From: a bacterium
GTDB lineage: Bacteria > Patescibacteriota > Dojkabacteria > JAKAPS01
Assembly (NCBI GenBank): GCA_021806925.1
Contig: JAKAPS010000001.1
Location: 1,237-65,236 of the forward strand
DNA length: 64,000 nucleotides
Direction: 5' to 3'
Shown: one piece after another, positions 10,398 through 20,435 of the stretch
Layout: each line of letters opens with the position of its first letter
How positions within the stretch are numbered: the stretch's first letter is position 1
Notes under the pieces: model-generated
The model's database searches: none
What the model was told of the DNA's origin: nothing
Seen by the model: the letters and a program-made list of their open reading frames with translations, nothing else
Made by a program: the position numbers and the translations under genes

Positions 10398-11162
10398 ATG
10401 AATGATATAATTATTTCAGTTAATGATATAACCAAGAAGTACGGCAGTTTTACTGCTGTTAATGGTATATCATTTAACGTTAAAAGGGGAGAAATATTTG
10501 GAATTCTTGGACCAAATGGTGCAGGAAAAACATCCCTTTTAGAAATGATGGAAGGATTAAGGAGTATAACCGCAGGAGATGCATTAATAGATGGATTAAG
10601 TGTAAAACATAGTGTGAATAAAGTCAAAAGAATAATTGGAATACAACTTCAATCAACAGGGTTCTTTGAAGAACTAAATTTAATAGAACTTCTTAATCTT
10701 TACGCTGGACTATATGATGTAAAAATTAACCCAATGGAGTTGCTTCATGAGGTTGAGTTAGAAGATAAGGCTAAATCACAAGTCAGAAAATTATCTGGAG
10801 GACAACAACAAAGATTTGCAATATGCCTTTCTCTGGCAAATACTCCAAAGGTCATATTTCTTGACGAACCAACAACTGGTCTTGATCCACAAGCCAGAAG
10901 ACATGTGTGGGGAATAATAAAGAACATAAGAGAAAAAGGAATGACAATTATATTCACAACTCATTACATGGAAGAAGCTGAAAATCTTTGTGATAGAGTA
11001 ATGATTATGGATCATGGTGATGTAATAAAGACAGGCAAACCAGTAGAATTAATAGAAAATCTTATTAGTTCAGGATTTAAGAAAGAACAACCTGTTCTTT
11101 CTGCTAATTTGGAAGACGTATTCATATCACTTACAGGTCATAATATTAGAGAGGATATATAA
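10398..11162 (+). CDS. ABC transporter ATP-binding protein
   Basis: Walker A GPNGAGKTS, ABC signature LSGGQQQR, Walker B IFLDEPTTGLD and an H-loop. Confidence 0.9.
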   Translation: MNDIIISVNDITKKYGSFTAVNGISFNVKRGEIFGILGPNGAGKTSLLEMMEGLRSITAGDALIDGLSVKHSVNKVKRIIGIQLQSTGFFEELNLIELLNLYAGLYDVKINPMELLHEVELEDKAKSQVRKLSGGQQQRFAICLSLANTPKVIFLDEPTTGLDPQARRHVWGIIKNIREKGMTIIFTTHYMEEAENLCDRVMIMDHGDVIKTGKPVELIENLISSGFKKEQPVLSANLEDVFISLTGHNIREDI

Positions 11163-11164
11163 AA

Positions 11165-12265
11165 ATGCAAAGATTATTAATTCAATTCATATCACTTACA
11201 AGTGCATCACTGAAGATGTATTTTAGAAATAAAACAGCAGTGTTTTTCACAATGTTTTTTCCTCTAATATTTATAGGAATATTTGCTTTGATATCCAATA
11301 AACAATCAGCAAAGTTAAATATTGATGTTATTTATAATTCAAAATCACAAATTGAGAGTGAGTTTGTAAATGTACTAAAAAATTCAAACATATTTAATAT
11401 TACAGTATCAAATAATTACAACACATCATATACAAATCTTGTGAATAACAATAATGAAGATATATTACTTAATATAACTCAAAGCAATAATTCAAAAATT
11501 AACGTTCTTGCAATGTATGATCAACTAAATTCTGACTCTCCTCAAACAGGTATATCTATATTAAATAGCTTTGCAAATTCATTTAACAATACAGTATTTG
11601 AAGAAATAAATAGAACAACAATTCCTCAAACAGTAACTGTTAATACACAAAGCATACAGACAAAGAATCTTAAATACATTGATTTTATAATTCCAGGAAT
11701 TATGGGTTTCTCATTAATGCAGTTAGGGTTATTTAGTGTTGCATTTGCATTTACAACAATGAAGAAAACAGGTGCATTAAAAAGACTACATGCAACACCT
11801 GTTAATCTATATTTATTTATTATTGCTCAGTCAATATCAAGAATTATTGTAGGTTTTCTTCAAGAGCTTATTATTGTCTTGCTGGCTCTTGATTTTCTTG
11901 GATTCCATATGTATGGAAATATTTTTCTATATTTTCTTGTATTAATACTCGGTTCTATAGTTTTTATAGGAATTGGACTAGCAGTTGCTGGGTATGCTAA
12001 AGATGAAAATCAAGCAGCACCAATTGCTAACCTTATATCACTTCCTATGATGTTCTTTTCTGGAGTGTTTTTCTCTTCAAGTTTACTTCCTAGCTACATT
12101 AGAAATATAGTACAATTTTTACCTTTGACATTCCTTAACAATGCTCTTAGAGATATAGCAAATAAAGGGGCGACATTGGGTCAAATTAGAACTGATTTGC
12201 TTGGTTTACTTTGCTGGGGTGTTATTGCTATAGTTATAGCAGTAAGATTATTTAAATGGGAGTAA
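11165..12265 (+). CDS. ABC-2 family transporter permease
   Basis: Sits immediately downstream of the ABC ATPase. It has an N-terminal TM, a large external loop and a C-terminal TM bundle. Confidence 0.7.
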   Translation: MQRLLIQFISLTSASLKMYFRNKTAVFFTMFFPLIFIGIFALISNKQSAKLNIDVIYNSKSQIESEFVNVLKNSNIFNITVSNNYNTSYTNLVNNNNEDILLNITQSNNSKINVLAMYDQLNSDSPQTGISILNSFANSFNNTVFEEINRTTIPQTVTVNTQSIQTKNLKYIDFIIPGIMGFSLMQLGLFSVAFAFTTMKKTGALKRLHATPVNLYLFIIAQSISRIIVGFLQELIIVLLALDFLGFHMYGNIFLYFLVLILGSIVFIGIGLAVAGYAKDENQAAPIANLISLPMMFFSGVFFSSSLLPSYIRNIVQFLPLTFLNNALRDIANKGATLGQIRTDLLGLLCWGVIAIVIAVRLFKWE

Positions 12266-13887
12266 GTAAAAGCAAAGTAAAATCAACATTCGTATCTGTA
12301 AGATATGTATTATATATTTCTATTATTCTTGTATCCGCTGCGTTCATTCTCTTCCTTTTATTTTTTTACCTGAATGTAAAATCATTTGAATCTCAAACCA
12401 TACAAGAAGAGTTTCAATATTCAAATAGTTTGAGTAACGAACTAATGAACTACTTGGAGTATGAGTATCAATTACTTGAAATTGACTACGCTAACACCAA
12501 TATATCACCAAGCACATTAAGTAATTTCACATATATAACTAAATCTATTAATGGAAAAACAATATCATCAAATCAAAAGATACAACTATCTAACAACCAC
12601 TCAACTAAATATTTCTTTGACCCTAATACAAATTTACTATATATAACATACATTGCAAATTCTGGATATGAAACTGGAACTATATATGTACCAGGAAACC
12701 AGAAAATTTCATCAATTCTTGCTTCAAATAATTTCTATAACTATTTAATAGATAATAGCAATATCGTATACTCAAATACTGGTGCTACAAATGTATCTAT
12801 ATCGAAATTCAACTTAAACTACAATTCTACTGATATGGAGAGAATTGGAAATATTCATAGAGAAATAATGCTATTTAATCCAATTCAAAATGGATTACCC
12901 CTTGGTATACTAACATTTTCAAAACCATTAACATTCAGTGCTTTGGATTCCGTAAATTTATATTATACATATATAATAGTTATAGTATTCATATTATTCA
13001 TATCATTGATATTGATCTTTAATAATCTTGTTGAAATACCTTTGTCATATATCTTAAATGAGTTAGAGAAATATAAAAGAGGAGAAGAAGTATTTCAGGA
13101 TAAATCAGTAAAATTATCAGGATCGTTTGAAACTCTTTACATTGACATAACTTCATTTATAGATTCAATTACATCAGAAAAAAGAAAGGGTAAATTTGAA
13201 GATAAGGTTCAACAAGACTTTATACTTTTATCTGGTCACATGCTGAGAACTCCACTTGTAAGTATTAGAGGATACATGGATATGATTGAAGCACAATCAT
13301 CAAAAGATGAGCAAACCATTAAATTTATTGTCAAATTAAGAGAGAAAATATCGAATCTTTCTCAATCAATTGAGAATATCCTAACAATATCTAATTTTGA
13401 AAATAGCATAGTAAAAGCAAAGAAAGAAGTTATAACTCTTAAAGATATTATTAATGAGGTTGAGAAAAAATATTCAGAAAAGGCAAAACAGAAGAATATA
13501 AATTTTGTAATTAATACTGATAATATTGATGACATAAATATATTTTCATCAAAAGAAAATTTATTGTTAGCAATTGGAAATGTTGTAGATAATGCATTAA
13601 AATTCACTCCGCCTGAGGGAGTTGTAAAAATATATTTCAAAGTTGATGTTGATAAAGTTACAATATCGGTATCTGATACTGGTTCAGGAATAACAGAAGA
13701 AGAGAAAGATAAGTTATTTAAAAAATTTTCAAGACTTAGTGACTCACTTGAATACAGTGCAGATGGTCTTGGGTTAGGACTATATGCTGTTAAACTAATA
13801 TCTGATGCTGAAGGTGCAACAGTAAAGTTTGACTCAATAAAGGGTAGTGGAAGCACATTTAATATAACACTACCTATATATAGGTAA
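12256..13887 (+). CDS. Sensor histidine kinase (membrane, large extracytoplasmic domain)
   Basis: Two TM helices flank a periplasmic domain of about 200 aa. H-box SGHMLRTPL and a HATPase_c region (DNALKFT...SDTGSGIT...GLGLGLY) are present. Confidence 0.8.
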   Translation: MGVSKSKVKSTFVSVRYVLYISIILVSAAFILFLLFFYLNVKSFESQTIQEEFQYSNSLSNELMNYLEYEYQLLEIDYANTNISPSTLSNFTYITKSINGKTISSNQKIQLSNNHSTKYFFDPNTNLLYITYIANSGYETGTIYVPGNQKISSILASNNFYNYLIDNSNIVYSNTGATNVSISKFNLNYNSTDMERIGNIHREIMLFNPIQNGLPLGILTFSKPLTFSALDSVNLYYTYIIVIVFILFISLILIFNNLVEIPLSYILNELEKYKRGEEVFQDKSVKLSGSFETLYIDITSFIDSITSEKRKGKFEDKVQQDFILLSGHMLRTPLVSIRGYMDMIEAQSSKDEQTIKFIVKLREKISNLSQSIENILTISNFENSIVKAKKEVITLKDIINEVEKKYSEKAKQKNINFVINTDNIDDINIFSSKENLLLAIGNVVDNALKFTPPEGVVKIYFKVDVDKVTISVSDTGSGITEEEKDKLFKKFSRLSDSLEYSADGLGLGLYAVKLISDAEGATVKFDSIKGSGSTFNITLPIYR

Positions 13888-13892
13888 ATGAA

Positions 13893-14177
13893 TTAAAGTG
13901 GCCAAACTACTTTTCCTGTTTCTTCGTCAATGATTTTTATTGCATTAACAGGGCATGCTTTTGCAGCCGATAGAACTGTATCATCACTATCAACAAATTG
14001 TGCTGTTGAATTGGATCCTTGCTTTCTACTTTCATCAATGACTTCAGAAACACCGTTACTATTTAATGCAAAAGTACCTGAAGCAATAGCTACACATGAA
14101 GCTGCTCCAATGCATGCTTGATCATCTACAATAATTTTATATTTACTCACAATAAAAATATATATTGCTTTTGACAT
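13893..14177 (-). CDS. Ferredoxin, single-cluster, likely [3Fe-4S] type
   Basis: The Cys ligand motif C-x5-C...CP has Ala at the second canonical Cys position (ACIGAASC...ACPV). Confidence 0.6.
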   Translation of the reverse strand: MSKAIYIFIVSKYKIIVDDQACIGAASCVAIASGTFALNSNGVSEVIDESRKQGSNSTAQFVDSDDTVLSAAKACPVNAIKIIDEETGKVVWPL

Positions 14178-14213
14178 TTTGTCAAATTAAAATGTATATA
14201 CTAGTTTATATTA

Positions 14214-15056
14214 ATGAATCATATATTTTCAGTTGCAACATATAACATTGAGTTAAGTAAGAGACCTGAAAAATTAGTAAATAACATAAAAACAATTGCA
14301 GATAGAGGTGCAACTGCTATTTGTTTACAAGAACTATTAAAGAGAGATAAATTCATTATCGATATGATAGTTTCAAAACTCGGCAACAATTGGGAATATG
14401 AATACTTCATAGGTGAAGAACAAGATTATTTCGCACATGGTTGTGCAATATTATGGAATAATAGTGTTTTAAATATTACAAATACATATAGAATATTACT
14501 TCCTAAAATGAATAAACTCATAGCAACAGATATGTTATTGGAGCGTATTGCAGGATTTAAAGGATTACCAATGCAGAGGAGATGTATATCCTCCACATTC
14601 TCATTTAATAACAAGGAAATACGCATAACATCATTACATCTTGATTCAATGGGTGGAAGCAAGCAAAGAATAAAGCAGTTATCATATCTGTTAGAGTATC
14701 TTAAAAATAGTATTGATGTAGATTATGAAATCATTGCTGGTGATTTTAATAGCTTTGAATTCCATGAATACAAAAGATTACAAGATATATTTTCAAAATA
14801 TGGATTTAGTGATTCTACTAAAAGTATTGACTATAGTATTGATGTTAATAACATTGATTTCAGTGATAATGGCAATAATAGCAAGATGTATAAATTGGCA
14901 GCTGATATAATAAAAAAAGCAGTAATGCTCATGAATATACATTATCGAAAAAAATTAGATTACATATGGATAAAAGGATTGTTTCCAATCAATTCAGAAA
15001 GATCAAACCTACTTGGTTCTGACCATTATCCATTAATTAGCACAATTACAACTTAG
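14214..15056 (+). CDS. Endonuclease/exonuclease/phosphatase (EEP) family protein
   Basis: N-terminal ATYNIE, GDFNS and C-terminal SDHYPL are EEP hallmarks. Confidence 0.7.
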   Translation: MNHIFSVATYNIELSKRPEKLVNNIKTIADRGATAICLQELLKRDKFIIDMIVSKLGNNWEYEYFIGEEQDYFAHGCAILWNNSVLNITNTYRILLPKMNKLIATDMLLERIAGFKGLPMQRRCISSTFSFNNKEIRITSLHLDSMGGSKQRIKQLSYLLEYLKNSIDVDYEIIAGDFNSFEFHEYKRLQDIFSKYGFSDSTKSIDYSIDVNNIDFSDNGNNSKMYKLAADIIKKAVMLMNIHYRKKLDYIWIKGLFPINSERSNLLGSDHYPLISTITT

Positions 15057-15091
15057 ACATAAAACAGGGTTAGTTGTAGAAAATTAAAATA

Positions 15092-15724
15092 TCATCTCCG
15101 TCGATTATTATTTTTACTATATAAATCAACTATTAGAAGACCAATTCTTCTTCCAATATATGATGCTTCTATATGATCCGCAGTGATTGGTGTATCAGCA
15201 ATAACTTTCCTAAAAAATTTCATTATTTCTGTTCCATGTGCAAATGCAGTTTTGTATAACCGCCTATTACTACGATTCAATCCATAAAAAACAGCAGCAA
15301 ACATATGAGTCCAGAAATAGTAAGTATCACCGGGACTATCACTACAGTGATTGTTAAAAACTTCAAATTGAGCTATTTTCTTACTCCAAATAACCATATC
15401 GCTTTCAGTAACAGTTATGTTTGGATATGCTCTAGTATCAAGACCTCTTGCCATAATTCGTGTGGAAACAAATCCCAAGTGGAGTGCACCTAACAAGTCA
15501 TTATTAGTTATATCCATTAAAATTTCAAATTGTTTTGGAACCGTCACAATATCATCATAATTGCTAATCTTTTCTATGAATCTGTTAACGTCATATTCTG
15601 GAGGCAATACATCTTCAGGTATACTAGCACTATGGTAATCTGCAACTTGAATAATATATCCAAATAAGTTTATTTGGTTGTACGTTATATTTTTATTCCA
15701 GTATGGAATTTGGACACCTTCCAC
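15092..15724 (-). CDS. Hypothetical protein
   Basis: 210-aa ORF with no recognisable motifs. Confidence 0.35.
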   Translation of the reverse strand: MEGVQIPYWNKNITYNQINLFGYIIQVADYHSASIPEDVLPPEYDVNRFIEKISNYDDIVTVPKQFEILMDITNNDLLGALHLGFVSTRIMARGLDTRAYPNITVTESDMVIWSKKIAQFEVFNNHCSDSPGDTYYFWTHMFAAVFYGLNRSNRRLYKTAFAHGTEIMKFFRKVIADTPITADHIEASYIGRRIGLLIVDLYSKNNNRRR

Positions 15725-16009
15725 TAATTTTCAATCTCCCTTGAGTTTATAATATTAAAGAATGATTGAATTATTTCATTCTCTCTATTAAGTATCTCTG
15801 GTTTGCTAAAAAATTGTTCATTCCTGATCTGACTATAGATCCTCCTGTGTGTATCCACAATCTCTTTGTATGAACACAAACTAAAAAATGAATTCAATAA
15901 GAAGTTTATACTTCCCATTAAGTGTGATAATATCACTTTAATATAATAAATGTAATGCTCTTCTTATTAGCATAATATATATATTAATAGACTACAGAAA
16001 CATTAGAAA

Positions 16010-16864
16010 TTGATGAATAGAAATATTAATATTTATGATGATTTTGATCATGGTATAAATCCTACTTGGGTGCAGATTACTACTGGAGGTGGAAAAATAA
16101 GGATTCATAATTCTGTCCTGCGAATGTCTTTTAACTATGCAAATAAAGAAAGCTATACTGATGTACAACTTGATGATTATACATTACAGCTTGGATATGG
16201 ATTACCAATGCAGTCAAAATTTGTTTTTAAGTGGACACCTCCATTAAAAATGACAATACGTTCACGTTTCTCATTACATACTACAAAAGAAGGAGGAGAA
16301 GATAATATATTTCTTGGAACTGCTGGATTCGGGTTTTGGAATAATCCTTTTTCAATTAGCGGGAATGTATTAACACTCCCTGAAGTGATATGGTTCTTTT
16401 ACTCATCACCACCATCAAATATTGATTTAGTCCCTAACTTATATGGATATGGATGGAAAGCTCAAGTTATTCATTCTAATCGTTTAGAAGTACTACCATT
16501 GTCAATACATACATCAATTATTGGATTAATAGAGTTGATAATTGATAAAAAAAATATGAAATGTACAAGATATAATATTCAGAAATTATCTGGGACACAC
16601 GAATCCATACTTAATGTAGATGCCACATTATGGCATACCTACTCTTTAGAATGGAGAAAAAATAAATCTACTTTCTACGTAGACGGTGATATTGTTTTAG
16701 ATGTTAATCAAGCACCTACTCAATCCCTTGGATTTGTTGTTTGGATAGACAACCAATATGCAATATTTACACCAAAAGGACTAAAATTTGAATTTGGGAA
16801 ATTGAATACAAAAAAACAATGGATGGATATAGATTATATAAACATTGAACAAATAAATGATTAA
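16010..16864 (+). CDS. Hypothetical protein (possibly concanavalin-A-like beta-sandwich)
   Basis: 284-aa ORF. W..EWRKNKSTFYVDGDIV is faintly like the GH16/ConA-like fold. Confidence 0.35.
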   Translation: MMNRNINIYDDFDHGINPTWVQITTGGGKIRIHNSVLRMSFNYANKESYTDVQLDDYTLQLGYGLPMQSKFVFKWTPPLKMTIRSRFSLHTTKEGGEDNIFLGTAGFGFWNNPFSISGNVLTLPEVIWFFYSSPPSNIDLVPNLYGYGWKAQVIHSNRLEVLPLSIHTSIIGLIELIIDKKNMKCTRYNIQKLSGTHESILNVDATLWHTYSLEWRKNKSTFYVDGDIVLDVNQAPTQSLGFVVWIDNQYAIFTPKGLKFEFGKLNTKKQWMDIDYINIEQIND

Positions 16865-16912
16865 TGTATTCAACTTCAGTGCCTACAACTCAAACTCAGT
16901 AACTAGTATCTT

Positions 16913-17326
16913 ATGTTTTCTGTCTTTCAAGTGATAGTGTGTCATAAACATCAGTACGATATAACTTGGTGCATTTTTGATAAGGATGATTTTTCATTAA
17001 GAAAAGCCTGTAGTTTAGTGAAAAAGAAAAACATATATGTTGATTATTCAAATAAATCATTTGAACTTTGGTATTTACTACATTTTGAATATAGATCCAA
17101 TGCAATTTCAAATGAACAATATAAAGCAAAATTATCAAAGTATCTGCGTGAGGAATATAACAAAACTTCAACTAAAATGTACGATTTATTAAAGGATAAA
17201 CAACAATACGCAATCTGTAATGCTAAGAAATTGTTTGAATACTACAATAAAAAAGATCCAGATAAGAATGATCCATCAACAATTGTATTTGAACTTGTAG
17301 AAAAATTAAATCAATATATTAAATAG
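16913..17326 (+). CDS. RloB-like domain protein, N-terminally truncated (possible gene remnant)
   Basis: IFDKDDF and SFELWYLLHFE match the conserved core of RloB (PF13707). The typical N-terminal segment of about 60 aa is missing, and an in-frame stop lies 9 nt upstream of the ATG. Confidence 0.5.
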   Translation: MFSVFQVIVCHKHQYDITWCIFDKDDFSLRKACSLVKKKNIYVDYSNKSFELWYLLHFEYRSNAISNEQYKAKLSKYLREEYNKTSTKMYDLLKDKQQYAICNAKKLFEYYNKKDPDKNDPSTIVFELVEKLNQYIK

Positions 17327-17336
17327 TTCAGATAAT

Positions 17337-17410
17337 TGGAGATGATGGGACTCGAACCCACAATCCCTGCAATGCGAATGCAGTGCTTTACCAAATTAAG
17401 CCACATCCCC
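17337..17410 (-). tRNA. tRNA-Ala (anticodon CGC)
   Basis: The reverse complement folds into a 74-nt cloverleaf: acceptor GGGGAUG/CAUCUCC with the G3:U70 Ala identity pair, D-stem GCUU/AAGC, anticodon stem CUGCA/UGCAG with loop UUCGCAU, and T-arm GUGGG-UUCGAGU-CCCAU. No CCA is encoded. Confidence 0.85.
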
Positions 17411-17460
17411 CTATTTTTTATATTATCATCAATATGATATATAATCAAAACAGATATAAA

Positions 17461-17679
17461 ATGATTGGATCATCAAATCTTAAAACAATCACAGATCTAA
17501 GGAAATTCACTCTAAATATTCTTAATACTGTTACAACAAACAGATCTCATATATACATATTATCAAGATCAAAGCCACTTGCAGTAATAATATCAATGGA
17601 GGAATACGGTAAATTATTGAAATATAAAAGAGAAGCTAAGCTATATAAAAAGAAACTCATTGCTCAAAAAGCATATTAA
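17461..17679 (+). CDS. Phd/YefM-family type II antitoxin (orphan)
   Basis: ITDLRKF...RSKPLAVIISMEEYGKLL matches the Phd/YefM fold signature. The ORF-track start (17383) overlaps the tRNA, so the internal Met at 17461 is used instead. No toxin ORF follows. Confidence 0.55.
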   Translation: MIGSSNLKTITDLRKFTLNILNTVTTNRSHIYILSRSKPLAVIISMEEYGKLLKYKREAKLYKKKLIAQKAY

Positions 17680-18709
17680 CTGTTGTTCCGCCAATCTCAT
17701 TAGCTTTAATATCAAGTTTACCATTATGTTCTATTACATATTTCCTTACAATTGAAAGTCCAATACCAAAAGGAATATCAGAAGAAATTCCTATACCAGT
17801 ATCTGAAATAGAAACGCTAAGATATCTATTTTTCCTATTGCAACATTCTATGATTTCTGTTTGTATATCAATCTTTCCATTTACAGTATATTTTATAGAA
17901 TTATACAGAACATTAATAATACATTCCTCAAACTTTGTCTTATCTAATAATACATACTTATCCCCCTTATGAGAAAAACTAATTGTTATATTGTTTTGCC
18001 TGAGCAAAATTTTTGATTCATTTATTATAGATTCAACTGATGAACAAATAGAAAAACTTTCTAATTCAATTAATCCGTTTTTACCAATGTTCTTAAATAT
18101 CCTTATAGCCCGATTAACAGCATTTCTAGCATATCCAATATATTCGTTCTCTTGAGTTTGAAGTGATATTGAGTCCTTTATTATTGATAACTGTGTATTT
18201 ATATCATGTGCAAACATTTTGTACTCCATATTTTCAGCACTTAATGAAATATATTTTGAGAAGTTATAGGCAATAATAGACAAGAAGTCTATATTAATAT
18301 TTTCTTTTTCAAGAGCAATTAACAATACACATTGATTGTCTCCATAAACCTTAACAGGAATACTAACAACAGATGCAACATTAAATACTTTTTGTATAAT
18401 CTTTGCACTATTCTTCATTTGACTAACAGTGAAATCTTCACATTTTCTACTTTGGAATATCTTATTACTTAAATATGATTTGCTTATATTATTGTCATCA
18501 TTCATCATATATTTTATATCCTTCAATTTAACTGGCAAATATTCAAGCGATGATTCTACAATTTTTTTCTTACTTGCACATAGTGGTGATAAGTAATTCG
18601 AGTTGTTAATAATATTGTTTAGTACTGGACAAAACAACAAAACACCTTTAATAAATGGTATATCATCGAACAAATCAACATACATCTGGTAAATATCCTC
18701 TATGTTCAT
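17657..18709 (-). CDS. Cytoplasmic sensor histidine kinase
   Basis: H-box FAHDINTQL and HATPase_c motifs (LYNSIKYT, SDTGIGIS, GIGLSIV). No TM helices. Confidence 0.7.
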   Translation of the reverse strand: MNIEDIYQMYVDLFDDIPFIKGVLLFCPVLNNIINNSNYLSPLCASKKKIVESSLEYLPVKLKDIKYMMNDDNNISKSYLSNKIFQSRKCEDFTVSQMKNSAKIIQKVFNVASVVSIPVKVYGDNQCVLLIALEKENINIDFLSIIAYNFSKYISLSAENMEYKMFAHDINTQLSIIKDSISLQTQENEYIGYARNAVNRAIRIFKNIGKNGLIELESFSICSSVESIINESKILLRQNNITISFSHKGDKYVLLDKTKFEECIINVLYNSIKYTVNGKIDIQTEIIECCNRKNRYLSVSISDTGIGISSDIPFGIGLSIVRKYVIEHNGKLDIKANEIGGTTVNMLFEQ

Positions 18710-18732
18710 TTTACAAGATAAGAGTAGATGTT

Positions 18733-19155
18733 TTATTTAAGAATTTCCAATATTTTTGATAATATTTGAACTGGAGTATAGTCACTTTTCTCAAGATAAT
18801 AGTCAGATTCTAAAACACCAGCATTATACTCTCCATTTTCAAAAACATTAGTAAGTACAACAGTTATTATTTTTATTGAATTAGTGTTTATATATGTAAG
18901 TAATTCGACTCCTGATGACACTGGCAATAGAAGGTCAATAATTGCTAAATCGATCTTCTGATTTTGCAATTTATTAATTGCACTTTTAACATCATGAGCA
19001 TTAAAGACATTAAATCCAGCGGACGTCAATACATTATAGTACATCCTAGATACAGGAATCTCATCTTCAAGAAGCAAGATACTTTTTAAATGATTTTTTC
19101 TAAATTCTAAAATATCCATAGCTAATACTAAATACTTTTTTAGCATGTAAATCAA
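18733..19155 (-). CDS. Response regulator receiver (single-domain, CheY-like)
   Basis: LLLEDE acidic pocket, a phospho-acceptor Asp in LAIIDLLLP, and the 140-aa length. Confidence 0.75.
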   Translation of the reverse strand: MIYMLKKYLVLAMDILEFRKNHLKSILLLEDEIPVSRMYYNVLTSAGFNVFNAHDVKSAINKLQNQKIDLAIIDLLLPVSSGVELLTYINTNSIKIITVVLTNVFENGEYNAGVLESDYYLEKSDYTPVQILSKILEILK

Positions 19156-19270
19156 TACCTTTAGATAGTATTTGATTACCCCTATTATTCCTCATATATA
19201 AACATATATGTATATATATTTCATATTTTCATACATGCTGTGCTAATATCCTAAGTGGGGAAAGGCATAG

Positions 19271-19297
19271 CAGGAGAGAAAGGGGAAATCTCTCCTG
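19271..19297. promoter_or_regulatory. Perfect 9-bp stem hairpin (CAGGAGAGA-N9-TCTCTCCTG) between converging/diverging genes
   Basis: Read directly from the sequence. No adjacent U-run, so it is not a canonical intrinsic terminator. Confidence 0.3.
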
Positions 19298-19320
19298 CAA
19301 CAATCACTTAACCTATACAA

Positions 19321-20382
19321 CTAAAACAGCATCTTGAATCCAACATCACCAGCCTTTATATATGTATCTAGCACAAAATCCTTGTCAAAATCATTATTTG
19401 GCTTAGAAAATGAATATACATAGAGATTATCTATACTGGACATATACTTTTGATTTGTTATTACACTGTTATTATCTGATTTTTCTAATCCGTTAATCTC
19501 CTGGAAATCTCCTTTATACATTATATTTATATAGGCTAGGTTATATTTTCTTATTCTACCTTCTGTTGTTCCTACACTAATTCCACCAGTATCATTAATT
19601 TTAATGTTTTTTATATCATTTACTTCAATGAAATCAACATAAGGATCCAAATTCTCATCTCTTATAATCTTCTTTATATACCCATAATCGGATATTGCAC
19701 AGAATTGTTTGCCAGCAATATTAATATTGTTTTTCTCTAGTATGTTCTCGTTTAAATTATTCAAGTTGTGCTTATCAATAATTCCATTTACCTTGTCTAT
19801 ATATTTTGTAATTTCGTTATATATATACTCAGATTTCATACAGTTATAGATCTGTATCTTTCTGTTTTGGGATATGAATAGTTTTTTAGAAAAAAAATTA
19901 TTAAATTTGAATATATGTGCAGAATCTAAATATGAGAAATTGTTATTGTACTCCCCTTCCTTTATATCAAAGTATTTTTTATCCTTATTCACTAATATAT
20001 TTGATAATTCTCTAAAATATATATTAGCTCTTTCAAGTTCATTATCAAAATCTGTTCCTAAAATAATACAGCGATTGTTATGTCTTAAAGCAAAATCCAA
20101 TAGAAATATTGAGAATAAATCAATTCCAATAATTGCAATATCATATACAGTTCTTTCAATGTTCTTTCCATTTAGATTTAGTACTTTCTGTATATCGTCA
20201 AATATATTGTCGTCAGATTTTCCATAGAAATGAACTATCTTATTATCAATAGAAATATATGGATACAAGTTATTAATCTCAATTCTATCTACAATATTAA
20301 TCTCATATCTTAACAGGTACTGATCAAGGAATTTTGTGATAGCAGAAATGTCATGCTCTTTATATTTAAAGATTTTTATCAT
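19321..20382 (-). CDS. Hypothetical protein (possible degenerate Rossmann/E1-like motif)
   Basis: 353-aa ORF downstream of the HK-RR pair. IAIIGIDLFS...ILGTDFDNELERAN weakly resembles the ThiF/E1 nucleotide-binding region. Confidence 0.4.
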   Translation of the reverse strand: MIKIFKYKEHDISAITKFLDQYLLRYEINIVDRIEINNLYPYISIDNKIVHFYGKSDDNIFDDIQKVLNLNGKNIERTVYDIAIIGIDLFSIFLLDFALRHNNRCIILGTDFDNELERANIYFRELSNILVNKDKKYFDIKEGEYNNNFSYLDSAHIFKFNNFFSKKLFISQNRKIQIYNCMKSEYIYNEITKYIDKVNGIIDKHNLNNLNENILEKNNINIAGKQFCAISDYGYIKKIIRDENLDPYVDFIEVNDIKNIKINDTGGISVGTTEGRIRKYNLAYINIMYKGDFQEINGLEKSDNNSVITNQKYMSSIDNLYVYSFSKPNNDFDKDFVLDTYIKAGDVGFKMLF

Positions 20383-20435
20383 TACCTTTTACATTCAAAT
20401 AAAATAATACTAAAATAATAGTAAATCATAAAATA

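Noticed and set aside
17383-17679. The 98-aa ORF-track version of the Phd-like gene, starting at 17383
   Set aside because: Its first 26 codons overlap the tRNA-Ala gene and read as low-complexity junk. The Phd/YefM similarity begins at the internal Met at 17461.
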